From the NCBI GenBank assembly GCA_964621165.1, contig CAZULC010000003.1:30633-94632 (forward strand): DNA of 64,000 nt, given 5' to 3'. The position numbers and the translations under genes are program-made. A model generated the notes under the pieces. The model did not search any database, had not been told where the DNA came from, and was given only the letters and a program-made list of their open reading frames with translations. This DNA comes from an uncultured Ruminococcus sp. GTDB lineage: Bacteria > Bacillota > Clostridia > Oscillospirales > CAG-272. This document shows positions 1 to 9,089 of this stretch, in pieces. Position 1 is the first letter of the stretch; every line of letters starts with the position of its first letter.

Positions 1-816
1 CCGCCGCAGAAGCAGGGTGAAGTAGTCCTCCGTGCAGGTATCGCGGATGAGTTCCTGAATGTGGGTCAGCGTGACGACATGGACCTTGACCTTACCCGAA
101 TATTCTGCCAGACGTGCCGCCAGTGTGAGGACTTTTTCGCGTGCGGCTTCGCTGGTGTACGGCGGAGACTCAAAATGCACGCACTCTACGGTCATGCCGC
201 GCTTCATCATCATGTAACCCGCAACAGGGGAGTCAATTCCGCCGGACAAAAGTAAAAGTCCCTTTCCCGCAGAACCAATCGGCATTCCGCCCGCACCCTT
301 GTCCTGACCCGCGTGAATGTAGGCGTATTCCTCACGGACTTCAATCCGCACAACCACGTCCGGATCGTTCACGTCAACCTTGAGATTCGGCATGGCCTCG
401 AGGATCGCATCTCCGACCTCACCTGACAGCTCCGGGGACGAAAGCGGGAATTTCTTATCGCTTCTCTTTGACTCGCACTTGAAGGTCTTCACGCCCCTCA
501 GCTTGCCGGGTAGATAAGCCTGCGCCGTTTTGATTATGGACTCGAGGTTTTTCTCAGCCGCGGCGGCCTTGCAGATTCCGGAAAAGCCGAAGACCATGCC
601 AAGCTGGACATAAAGCGCGTCAACCGAATCAGCGGATTCATCGTCATTTGGAGTCACGTAAACTGTACTCTGGTTGTAAGTCACGCTGTAGTGACCGATC
701 ATAGCCGCACGACGCTTGACTTCACGCAGAAGCTGAGTCTCAAAAGTAGAGCGGTTTGCGCCTTTGAGGATGATTTCGCCGTACTTGCATAAAATTATTT
801 CTTTGATTTTTTCCAT
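1..816 (-). CDS. thiI: tRNA 4-thiouridine synthase ThiI, 5' part (3' end runs off the window)
   Basis: Manual minus-strand translation from ATG 816..814: MEKIKEIILCKYGEIILKGANRSTFE..., THUMP-type N-terminus then PP-loop LLLLSGGIDSPVAGYMMMKRG. Frame stays open to position 1, so there is no stop in the window and it is absent from the ORF track. Confidence 0.85.
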   Translation of the reverse strand, partial: MEKIKEIILCKYGEIILKGANRSTFETQLLREVKRRAAMIGHYSVTYNQSTVYVTPNDDESADSVDALYVQLGMVFGFSGICKAAAAEKNLESIIKTAQAYLPGKLRGVKTFKCESKRSDKKFPLSSPELSGEVGDAILEAMPNLKVDVNDPDVVVRIEVREEYAYIHAGQDKGAGGMPIGSAGKGLLLLSGGIDSPVAGYMMMKRGMTVECVHFESPPYTSEAAREKVLTLAARLAEYSGKVKVHVVTLTHIQELIRDTCTEDYFTLLLRR

Positions 817-930
817 ATTTAACCCGTTTCGGCAGGGAAGCCTTTTCAACTGAAACCGTACCGGCTCCCGCAATATTTTTACCTATTATACCATATTACG
901 GAAGAAATTTAAATAGTAAAGATGTACAAA

Positions 931-1629
931 TTATCCTTCACCGTTTTCAATATGTTCATAAAAATCCCGTAATAATTCCATCGCAAGCTTATCTCCCGCC
1001 ATTTCCGGGTGCCACTGAACCGCCTTGTAGTACCGCATGCCCACGACCTCCGCTGCTTCGACAATCCCGTCATTGGACACGGCACAGACCGACAGCTCTT
1101 TTCCCAAAGCCTTCAGCGACTGATGATGGTAGCTGTTTGTCAATATTTCATCACCTCCAGATAATTTTCGCAAGAATCCCGAAGTCCTGATCTGATGCAC
1201 CGGATTCTCCTTGTCCTCAACATGGGGGATTCCCGTAAGCTGAGAAGCAAAATCCTGCCATAATGTTCCGCCGAGAGCCACGTTCATCACCTGAATACCA
1301 CGGCATATTCCGAACACCGGTTTGTCAAGCCGAATCAGCTCATGAAGCAGGGCCAGTTCAAATTCATCACGGCAGAGTTCTGATTCGCCGCAGCAGGGAA
1401 GACGCTCTTCACCGTAGAAAGAAGGCTCCACGTCGTCCCCGCCCGTGAAAATAAATCCGTCATACAGTCCACCGTATTCTTTGATTATCCTCTTGCTTGA
1501 AACTACGGGAAGTATCGCCGGAGTCACATCAAATCCGAACATTTCCCCCGCACGAGTGGCGTAATCCGCATACCGCATTTTCTGAAAAAATCTGTCCCCT
1601 TCGACTGAGCAGGTTAAAGCAATTCTCAT
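931..1629 (-). CDS. class I glutamine amidotransferase / peptidase C26 (gamma-glutamyl-GABA hydrolase-like)
   Basis: 232 aa ORF with nucleophile elbow FGICRGIQVMNVALGG and HHQS / WHPE motifs. AAGGAG RBS upstream of the ATG. Confidence 0.8.
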   Translation of the reverse strand: MRIALTCSVEGDRFFQKMRYADYATRAGEMFGFDVTPAILPVVSSKRIIKEYGGLYDGFIFTGGDDVEPSFYGEERLPCCGESELCRDEFELALLHELIRLDKPVFGICRGIQVMNVALGGTLWQDFASQLTGIPHVEDKENPVHQIRTSGFLRKLSGGDEILTNSYHHQSLKALGKELSVCAVSNDGIVEAAEVVGMRYYKAVQWHPEMAGDKLAMELLRDFYEHIENGEG

Positions 1630-1767
1630 GTTTTTCTCCTTGAAATAAAATCCACACCTATATTATATATCAAACATTATATTAATGTCATATAAAATTT
1701 TTGAAAAAAATCAAACTCCACACCGCAAAAATTACGAAAAATCATAAAATCAACTTCACAGCAACAT

Positions 1768-1817
1768 AAAAAGCGGTTTCTCAAGCCTCACAGGAAGCCA
1801 AAAGAAAGCCGCTTTTT
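1768..1817 (-). terminator. rho-independent terminator after the HTH-repeat gene
   Basis: AAAAAGCGG...CCGCTTTTT inverted repeat (GCGGcTTTC / GAAACCGC stem on the minus strand) followed by a T-run, between two minus-strand genes. Confidence 0.6.
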
Positions 1818-1929
1818 CTGATAAATATCTATTTCCGTATCACAAATTATCTTCTGCAAATGACAATTCTATTTTTAGACAACTGCCAAATCGGAATCTA
1901 CACTTGCCTAACCTAAATCGTCAATTGCC

Positions 1930-3696
1930 TTAATTATTCATCTCTCCGTCAATTGTAATATTCTTCCCGGATACATCGCCGTTTGCGTCGCCTTCGATAT
2001 GTACGTCTCCGCGGGTCTTGACGTTGCCTTCAGCACTGCCGCCAATCGTAACCGACTCGTCCGCGTCAACATCCCCGTTTACGTCTCCTTCGACATTTAC
2101 GCTTCCTCCGGCTTCAACGTCCCCGCAGATATCCCCGCCAGCCGTAACGTCGCCTTCCGCATCAATATCGCCTGAAATCTCACCGCCTGCGTTCACGTCT
2201 CCCTGTGAATCCACGTCGCCTGAAATATCCCCGTCAGCCGATACATAACCACCGGCGTTCACGTTACCGCCAATATCACCACTAACTGTAGCATTGTCAC
2301 CGCAGCTTACATTCCCGCCGATATCTCCGACAGCTGTAACACTGTCTCCAGCGGTCACGTCACCGTCAACATCGCCGCCGACTGAAGCAGAATTTCCCGC
2401 ATTGAGCGCACCTTCAACGTCTCCGTCAACTGTAACATTCCCACTTCCGGTAACAGAACCGCTGACGTCGCCGTGTACCTCAACAGAATTCTCACAGCTT
2501 ATGTCGCCGTAAACATCGCCGTTGACGACAATATTTTCGATTCCATCGAGGTCGCCGTTGTAGTCCCCGTCGATTGTTACTGTTCTACCGTTCACGTGTA
2601 TACCAGTTCCGGAATTGACCTTGATTCTTAACGGCTCCTTGTTCACGTTGACATTGATCTTTTCGTCAAAATTCTTCTCAATCTTTTCGGGAAGGTTTGC
2701 TAGACTCTTGTCAAGCCGCTCCGAAACCAGGGACAAAATACCGTTGATTCTGTCGCTCAGCCCGTTCAGCTTGTCCATGGAACCCATCTTTTTCGTCTCC
2801 TCCGACGGATTTTTCTCCTCAGGATGAACGCCGAACTCACCGGAAGCCTTGCCCAGCACGGTCCTGCAGTTTACGCCGAATCCAGCGTTCACATTGCCTC
2901 CCACGTCGCCGCACTTGGTGTCAAATCCCGAGGACACATTTCCGCCCACGTCGCCATCAATCCGCATTTCAAAGCCTGAGGAAGCGTCTCCGCACACCAA
3001 GCCTTCCACCGTAACGCTCATAGCCGACTTAAGCTTGTACACATTGCCGGAGACAAGAACCGTGATGAAGTTGTCGGGATTGCCCCTGAATGAGCGCACA
3101 ATCTGCCCGTTTTTGATAACCGCAATCTCGTATTCGTCCTTCTTGAAGTTCAAATCTCCGGACGATAACGGAATGGAGTCATTCTTGAAGAAGCCGTTAT
3201 CAATACTGCAGTTTCCGCTGCCGCTGTCTTTCTTGGGAGCGGAGTAGACCACGTCAAAGCAGGGAGTGTTGTAATCGGGATTTTCTTCTTCGTCAGAAAC
3301 CGCGCCATCCGTGCTGACTTCAATCTTTGCTTCGTTTTTCGTGTTGTGCTCCACCTCAACCGATACGCCATCGACGTTGACGTCAGCCTCAACTGAAACC
3401 GTATCCACATATGCTTTATCAGCGTTTTCATTAGATGCTCCCGAGTTGTCTGCAAGAACATTGCCGCCGTTCTGGTTTAATTTAAGCTCCTCCGAGCCCA
3501 TAATTGCCGAAACGCTCTCACCGAAAATCTCCGCTATAATAGGGAGCGTCAGTATGTCAGGCAGCGTCTCGTTTCTCTCCCACTGGGATACCGCCTGATG
3601 GCTCACACCAATCATATCGGCAAGCTCCGCCTGTGTCAGACCCTTGCTCTTTCTAAGTTCAGCTATTCTTTGTCCGATTATACTTCTGTCCGTCAT
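1930..3696 (-). CDS. XRE-family HTH protein fused to a long GDV-repeat (bactofilin-like beta-helix) region
   Basis: 588 aa. N-terminus IGQRIAELRKSKGLTQAELADMIGVSHQAVSQWERNE is a classic Cro/C1 HTH. The C-terminal ~230 aa are tandem 8-9 residue repeats (GDVSGSV, GDVDGDV, GDIGGNV ...). No hydrophobic TM segment seen. Confidence 0.8.
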   Translation of the reverse strand: MTDRSIIGQRIAELRKSKGLTQAELADMIGVSHQAVSQWERNETLPDILTLPIIAEIFGESVSAIMGSEELKLNQNGGNVLADNSGASNENADKAYVDTVSVEADVNVDGVSVEVEHNTKNEAKIEVSTDGAVSDEEENPDYNTPCFDVVYSAPKKDSGSGNCSIDNGFFKNDSIPLSSGDLNFKKDEYEIAVIKNGQIVRSFRGNPDNFITVLVSGNVYKLKSAMSVTVEGLVCGDASSGFEMRIDGDVGGNVSSGFDTKCGDVGGNVNAGFGVNCRTVLGKASGEFGVHPEEKNPSEETKKMGSMDKLNGLSDRINGILSLVSERLDKSLANLPEKIEKNFDEKINVNVNKEPLRIKVNSGTGIHVNGRTVTIDGDYNGDLDGIENIVVNGDVYGDISCENSVEVHGDVSGSVTGSGNVTVDGDVEGALNAGNSASVGGDVDGDVTAGDSVTAVGDIGGNVSCGDNATVSGDIGGNVNAGGYVSADGDISGDVDSQGDVNAGGEISGDIDAEGDVTAGGDICGDVEAGGSVNVEGDVNGDVDADESVTIGGSAEGNVKTRGDVHIEGDANGDVSGKNITIDGEMNN

Positions 3697-4109
3697 TTTT
3701 GTATTCCTCCGATAAAAATTGATTCACGTGAATCGCTCATCTGTTGTAACAGCCGCACATCATTTTTCACGCGATATGTAGTTTTAATAGAATCCGGCGC
3801 GCCGCTTGCTTCTGTTTTTAGCATAGCATAAAAAAATCGAAAAAGCAATAAAGCGTTAATTGAATTTTCAAAAAAATTTAAATTCAAGCGTCTCTTGAAA
3901 AATGTTGCCGTTTTGTGAACGAGGATACCGGATGAAAACCCAACTGTAAATAACTGGAAAATTGCGTCTCGTTCCAGACTGTACGGCTGCTGCCCGTAAA
4001 ATTGAACCTGAAATTCAAAATTCAAGCGTCGCTTGCAGTAAAAAGAGGCAACATTCCGGCGCATGAGCATATACTGAAATGAAGCTCTAATGGAACAGGA
4101 GGCTAACCA

Positions 4110-4721
4110 ATGAACAATGGATATACAGCGGAAGGGTACCTGAAAGTGAGAGTGACCGAGGTAAACGGCACAATTCCCATAGAAAACGCCGTTGTCACCA
4201 TATCCGACTACACCTCTGACCCGAAAACAGACAGCGGAGCCGGAGACGTGCTTTTTTCCCTCAGAACCAACCCGGGAGGTATGACCGAAACCGTGACCCT
4301 AATGACCCCGCCTACCGCCGAAAGTGCGAGTCCCGGAGCATACCAGCCTTACGCGGTATATAACGTCACGGTGGAATACCCAGGCTATTATTCCGTCATT
4401 GGAGTGGGAGTTCCGGTTTTCCCGGGAGTAATAGCGGTTCAGCCGGTGAATCTCACCCCAATCAGCGAGGAGGGAATACTGTCCGGCGAGATAGGCAGAA
4501 GAATAATGATATTCGAAACCCCCGATTCCCAGTCACTGCAGCCGGGAGGTGTGAAGCGCGAGGATATCGGCAATAAAAACGGCAGTCTCAGCGGCAGTAT
4601 GATGCAGAACGCCGAAAACAGCACCCGAACCGGTCAGTATAATCAGCAGAATCAAAAAACCGACCTGCCTCACTTCAACCCTGATAACACAAACCTAACC
4701 GACAACGGAGGAAGCATATGA
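4110..4721 (+). CDS. SleC N-terminal (prepro-region-like) beta-sandwich domain protein, encoded as a separate ORF
   Basis: 203 aa with AGGAGG RBS. YLKVRVTEVNGTIPIENAVVTI ... PYAVYNVTVEYPGYYSV resembles, from memory, the N-terminal region of clostridial spore cortex-lytic enzyme SleC. Its TGA overlaps the next ATG (ATGA). Confidence 0.6.
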   Translation: MNNGYTAEGYLKVRVTEVNGTIPIENAVVTISDYTSDPKTDSGAGDVLFSLRTNPGGMTETVTLMTPPTAESASPGAYQPYAVYNVTVEYPGYYSVIGVGVPVFPGVIAVQPVNLTPISEEGILSGEIGRRIMIFETPDSQSLQPGGVKREDIGNKNGSLSGSMMQNAENSTRTGQYNQQNQKTDLPHFNPDNTNLTDNGGSI

Positions 4722-6115
4722 ACGAAGGAGTGCTCTATCCGGTAATCCCCGAAACCATAACGGTGCATCTCGGCCGACCGGACGAACCCGCGCGGAACGT
4801 CACAGTCCAATTTGTTGACTACATCAAAAACGTAGCTTCAAGTGAAATTTACCCCACATGGAACGAAAAAGCCCTCCGCGCCAATATTCTCGCACAGATA
4901 AGCTTCGCCCTGAACCGGATCTACACCGAATACTACATCAGCCGGGGCTACGACTTCAACATAACCAACTCCACCTCAATCGACCAGTCATTCGTCTACG
5001 GCCGCGACATTTTCGAAAACATATCCCAGCTTGTCGACGAGCTTTTTGACTCCTATATAAGCCGTCAGGGGTCAGTAGAGCCGCTTTTTGCCGTGTACTG
5101 CGACGGAATCGAGGTTCAGTGCAACGGTTTGTCACAGTGGGGAAGCGCCGCTCTCGCCGAACAGGGAATGACCCCATATGAAATTCTGCGGTACTATTAT
5201 GGCGACAGTATAGACATCGTAAGAAACGCGCCCATCGTCGGTCTTGCAGGCTCCTACCCTGGGACTCCGCTTCGGCTTGGCGATTCCGGCGACAACGTTT
5301 ACCTCATCCAGATACGACTGAACCGAATTTCACGCAACTTCCCGAACATCCCCAAAACAACACCCGACGGCTTCTTCACATCCGACACAGAAGACGCAGT
5401 GCGTGCTTTCCAGCGCCAGTTTGACCTGACTCCCGACGGAATAGTCGGAAAAGCAACATGGTACGCCATCTCTCGAATCTATACATCCGTAAAGCGATTG
5501 ACCGACGTGAACTCCGAGGGAGTGCCAATAAACGAAGCCACACTTATTTTCAACGGACGGCTCAGCGAGGGTGCGGTCAACGTGGGAGTGAAAGAAGTGC
5601 AGACCCTGCTCAGATATATCTCCCTCTTCAATCAAAGCGTCAGAAGCGTTGTGGTAGACGGAATTTTCGGCGCGGACACAAGAACGTCGGTGGAGGATTT
5701 CCAGTACGCCTACGGACTGCCCGTGACAGGAGCGGTTGACGCGCAGACCTTTGAGACAATGGTATCGGTTTTCCAAAGCTACCGTGCGTCGCTGCCGGAG
5801 GGTTCAATCGGAACTATAACCGAGCTGTACCCCGGAATTCCCCTGCGTATAGGCTACACTGGACAGAGCGTAAGCACCATACAGACCTATCTCAACCGAA
5901 TCTCCGACGTTTACACCGACATTCCAAAGCTGACCGTGGACGGGATTTTCGGCACGGCTACACAGAATTCCGTCAGGGCATACCAGCGTATTTTCGGAAT
6001 CGAGGAAAGCGGCGTGGTTGGAGCGGTGACGTGGGAATCCATATCCGAAACCTACAGAACAATAGTGGACGGCAGCGAAGGCTCCCCCACCCAGTTCGGC
6101 GGAAACATCGGATGA
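4718..6115 (+). CDS. sleC: SleC-like spore cortex-lytic enzyme core with three PG_binding_1 domains
   Basis: 465 aa. VQFVDYIKNVASSEIYPTWNEKALRANILAQISFALNRIYTEYYISRGYDFNITNSTSIDQSF matches the SleC core as I recall it. Three repeats of the GxxGxxVxxxQxxLN...DGIFGxxTxxAVxxFQ type. GGAGG RBS 6 nt before the ATG. Confidence 0.7.
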   Translation: MNEGVLYPVIPETITVHLGRPDEPARNVTVQFVDYIKNVASSEIYPTWNEKALRANILAQISFALNRIYTEYYISRGYDFNITNSTSIDQSFVYGRDIFENISQLVDELFDSYISRQGSVEPLFAVYCDGIEVQCNGLSQWGSAALAEQGMTPYEILRYYYGDSIDIVRNAPIVGLAGSYPGTPLRLGDSGDNVYLIQIRLNRISRNFPNIPKTTPDGFFTSDTEDAVRAFQRQFDLTPDGIVGKATWYAISRIYTSVKRLTDVNSEGVPINEATLIFNGRLSEGAVNVGVKEVQTLLRYISLFNQSVRSVVVDGIFGADTRTSVEDFQYAYGLPVTGAVDAQTFETMVSVFQSYRASLPEGSIGTITELYPGIPLRIGYTGQSVSTIQTYLNRISDVYTDIPKLTVDGIFGTATQNSVRAYQRIFGIEESGVVGAVTWESISETYRTIVDGSEGSPTQFGGNIG

Positions 6116-6140
6116 AGCTATATAATAAGGATGGTAACTT

Positions 6141-6659
6141 ATGCTCATAAACATAACCGACCCAAAAGTCCGCGCCCGCCGGGTTCAGACAATGCTCCGT
6201 ACGCTGTCTTTTGCGTATGACGAGCCTCACCTAAGAGCCAACGTCACCGGTAACTTCGATGAGCGAACAGAATCGGCGGTCAGATTCTTTCAGGAGAAAA
6301 ACAAAATCCCCGTTACAGGAGTGGTTGATCTCGCAACATGGAACGAGCTTGTCCGTCAGTACGATTATCAGATGGAACTGCAGCAGGGAATCGCACTGAA
6401 CCCCATCGGAACTGATTACGACTATAAAACGTCCCCCGGCGAGAGAAGTGACACAGTATGCATCCTGCAAATCATGCTCAACGCACTTAGCCGGGACTAC
6501 GGCATGGAACACATCCCCCTGTCCGGAATTTACGGAAGACAGACTGTCGAAGCAGTGAAGCTCTTTCAGGAGAAGAACAGACTGCCGGTCACAGGGGTCG
6601 CGGACGTCACAACATGGCAGAGACTTGCCGAGGAGTACAGCCGACAGATTTCACAGTAA
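6141..6659 (+). CDS. peptidoglycan-binding (2 x PG_binding_1) protein
   Basis: 172 aa. Two copies of the ...ESAVRFFQEKNKIPVTGVVDLATWNEL / VEAVKLFQEKNRLPVTGVADVTTWQRL motif. Confidence 0.75.
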   Translation: MLINITDPKVRARRVQTMLRTLSFAYDEPHLRANVTGNFDERTESAVRFFQEKNKIPVTGVVDLATWNELVRQYDYQMELQQGIALNPIGTDYDYKTSPGERSDTVCILQIMLNALSRDYGMEHIPLSGIYGRQTVEAVKLFQEKNRLPVTGVADVTTWQRLAEEYSRQISQ

Positions 6660-6666
6660 GACAAAA

Positions 6667-6708
6667 CCGCACGGCAGAGCATAACCCGGAACCGTGCGGA
6701 ATTTTTGT
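6667..6708 (+). terminator. rho-independent terminator of the sleC cluster
   Basis: CCGCACGG (6667-6674) / CCGTGCGG (6692-6699), an 8-bp stem followed by AATTTTTG. Confidence 0.75.
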
Positions 6709-6758
6709 TTAAACCAAACTGTAGCTAATGTAAAACAGTATCTGGCGATAGTCAAATG

Positions 6759-8348
6759 TCAGTCGTCGATTTCCTTGTCATACTTGAGAACCGAGCCGTC
6801 GAGAGCGTTGATGTCGTAGTCATATTCGTACCCTCCGGACTTGAATTCAATCTCATAATGCATAACATTGTGATCGTCGTCCATCTCGACCTCAAGCTCA
6901 CGTATGTCGTCAAGGGTCAGACCGGCATGATTCAGTGCGGCTTCAAGAGCGGCGTCATAGCCAATGTAGCCCTCGCTTTCAAGCCCCACGGAAGATGAAC
7001 CCTTGCCCTTGTCGGATTTGTCCTTGCCGTCCATGTAATCGTCGTCCGGCTCAACTTCCGACTTCACAATTTCCCCGCTTGCGGCAAGAAGCTTGTATTC
7101 ATACTCGTATCCGCCGGCTTTGAATTCAACCTCGTAGTAATCCTCGCCGCCCTCGTTTTTCAGCTTGCACTCGTACTCGTAAACGTCAGCTGAATCAACT
7201 CCGGCTGTCTCGAGTACAAGATCGCGGACCTTTTCCATAACGCTGTCGAGTCCCTGAGACGTGCTGTTCTGCTGAACGTCGGCAGTGTTGCCGCTTTGTA
7301 TGGGAACGGACTGACTGTTCTTCTCTACATTCGTGCTGTTTGCCTGACCGTATCTGTAGTCGTCGTCAGGCTTTGAGTTTTTCTTTATTATCTCCCCGCT
7401 CTCGGCGTTGATGTCGAAGTCGTATTCCGTACCGTCGCACTTGAACTCGATCTCGTACACCATCACGCCCTGCTCGAATTCCATCTCGATCTCGTAGTCA
7501 AAGACGTCACTTTCACTGACTCCCGCATCGGAGAGAGCTATTTCCTTTGCCCGGTCGCGTCCGATGTAAGCCTTGTCGCTCGCCTGGCCCTGAGCCGCAA
7601 CATTTTCGAGGTTCAGCCCGCCGGACATGGTGAGCAGATTCAGCTCGTTTATCGACAGTGGAACCAAGTCCTCGAAGGTGTAGTACGCATTCTGTGCGGT
7701 AATCTGTGAAATGAGCTGAGCCTTGCCAACGGTGATTCCGTATTCCTCAGAGATTTTCTTTAAATTGTCGTCCACGCTGACAGTCTGACTGAGAACCGCA
7801 CCGTCAAGTCCGCCAAGGGATAGAATTTCCGCAATCTCGCCCGCAACCTTCTGCTGGATTTCCGCGCTTTTTTCCACGCTCTTTCCCTCAACGCTGACGA
7901 GAATTGAGTTCGTGACGTCGCTGAGATATCCGTTTTTCAGCATTGACCCGATCAGAGCGTTGACCGTGACCTCGAGAGAGCTTCCTTCAAAGTCCATGCC
8001 GCCTATGATTGCCGTGCCGTCCTCGTTCAGTGCGTTTACCCCGAGAACACGTTCGTTTTTGTTGATGTTTATCTCAACCGACGGATTCACATCGAGAGAA
8101 ACCGTTGAGGACACCGTGTTGTTTGCCGAATAAACTCCCGCCGAAGCTCCGATTCCGAGAACCAATACAGCGGACGCGGCTATAGCTATGATTTTCTTGT
8201 ACATTTTCTGACTCCTTCTCTTTGTCAATATAATTTTGTCCGATGGCTTAACTTCCGCGCAGTCGCTGAGAACCGAATCGAGAATGTCCGGTGTAATTTT
8301 CGCGCAGGCGGATTTCAGATTTCTTTCAATATCAGAGGTTTTCATCAT
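6759..8348 (-). CDS. anti-sigma-factor-like membrane protein with three PepSY domains
   Basis: 529 aa starting 2 nt after the ECF sigma gene. Short cytoplasmic N-terminus, one TM (IIAIAASAVLVLGIGASAGV), then three repeats of the YEIEFKxxGxEYxYxIxAxSGEI (PepSY) type. Confidence 0.7.
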   Translation of the reverse strand: MMKTSDIERNLKSACAKITPDILDSVLSDCAEVKPSDKIILTKRRSQKMYKKIIAIAASAVLVLGIGASAGVYSANNTVSSTVSLDVNPSVEININKNERVLGVNALNEDGTAIIGGMDFEGSSLEVTVNALIGSMLKNGYLSDVTNSILVSVEGKSVEKSAEIQQKVAGEIAEILSLGGLDGAVLSQTVSVDDNLKKISEEYGITVGKAQLISQITAQNAYYTFEDLVPLSINELNLLTMSGGLNLENVAAQGQASDKAYIGRDRAKEIALSDAGVSESDVFDYEIEMEFEQGVMVYEIEFKCDGTEYDFDINAESGEIIKKNSKPDDDYRYGQANSTNVEKNSQSVPIQSGNTADVQQNSTSQGLDSVMEKVRDLVLETAGVDSADVYEYECKLKNEGGEDYYEVEFKAGGYEYEYKLLAASGEIVKSEVEPDDDYMDGKDKSDKGKGSSSVGLESEGYIGYDAALEAALNHAGLTLDDIRELEVEMDDDHNVMHYEIEFKSGGYEYDYDINALDGSVLKYDKEIDD

Positions 8349-8349
8349 T

Positions 8350-8913
8350 TTAATCCTCCATTGTTAAGGCGTTTTTGAGCTTTTTTATGGCTCTGTTGTA
8401 TTTTGACAGCACCGTCGAGAGGGGAAGCGACATATGCTCAGCTATCTCCCGATGCTTGAATCCGGAAACAGCATGCAGCATGACTATTTCCCGTTCGTCG
8501 TCTTTCAGAATTTTCATGGCTCCCATGACGGCTGCCCGTTCGTCGTATGAGAGTCCATCGTGCGAGGCGATGTATTCGCTCCAGTCATCAATCTGCTCGT
8601 GATCCGCCCGGCTGTTGGCTCTCAGCTTTGACAGACATAAATTTTTGGTGATGGTGATGATCCATGCCATTGGTTTGCCCGACGAACGGTAAGCCCCGGC
8701 ATGAATGGCAATTTTTATGTAGCTGTCGTGCATCACATCCTCAGCGTCGGCGATATTCTGCAGAATGGACAGAGCATAAGAATAAACCTGCGTCTTTGTT
8801 TCTTCATACAATTTTTCGAGAGCGTCAGTGTTTTTCTCTGCAATTCTGTAAATCAGAGAATCGAGATCGGTTTCTTTCTCTTTTTCACGGTGTGCGGTGA
8901 CGGAAAACATCAT
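8350..8913 (-). CDS. ECF-type RNA polymerase sigma-70 family factor
   Basis: Region 2 (VMHDSYIKI..., WIITITKNLCLSKLR) and region 4 (REIAEHMSLPLSTVLSKYNRAIKKL). I place the start at the ATGATG preceded by GGGGGGAAG rather than the ORF-track start at 8952. Confidence 0.85.
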   Translation of the reverse strand: MMFSVTAHREKEKETDLDSLIYRIAEKNTDALEKLYEETKTQVYSYALSILQNIADAEDVMHDSYIKIAIHAGAYRSSGKPMAWIITITKNLCLSKLRANSRADHEQIDDWSEYIASHDGLSYDERAAVMGAMKILKDDEREIVMLHAVSGFKHREIAEHMSLPLSTVLSKYNRAIKKLKNALTMED

Positions 8914-9089
8914 CTTCCCCCCTTTCACTATATTAACGCCGCAGAACTCCATTTTATCGCATTATTTCAAAATTTTTTTAAATTTCTGAATTCCAAAAAA
9001 AACTATTGCAATTCATGGACGAAAATGGTATAATTTATCTGTAAAAATATATTAAATGGTAAAAATCAAAGTAAAAAGAATGAATCAAA

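Noticed and set aside
3693-4070. 125-aa minus-strand ORF in the HTH / sleC intergenic region
   Set aside because: It is AT-rich and covers the repeated regulatory-looking motifs and probable promoters. It has no RBS and no recognisable family.
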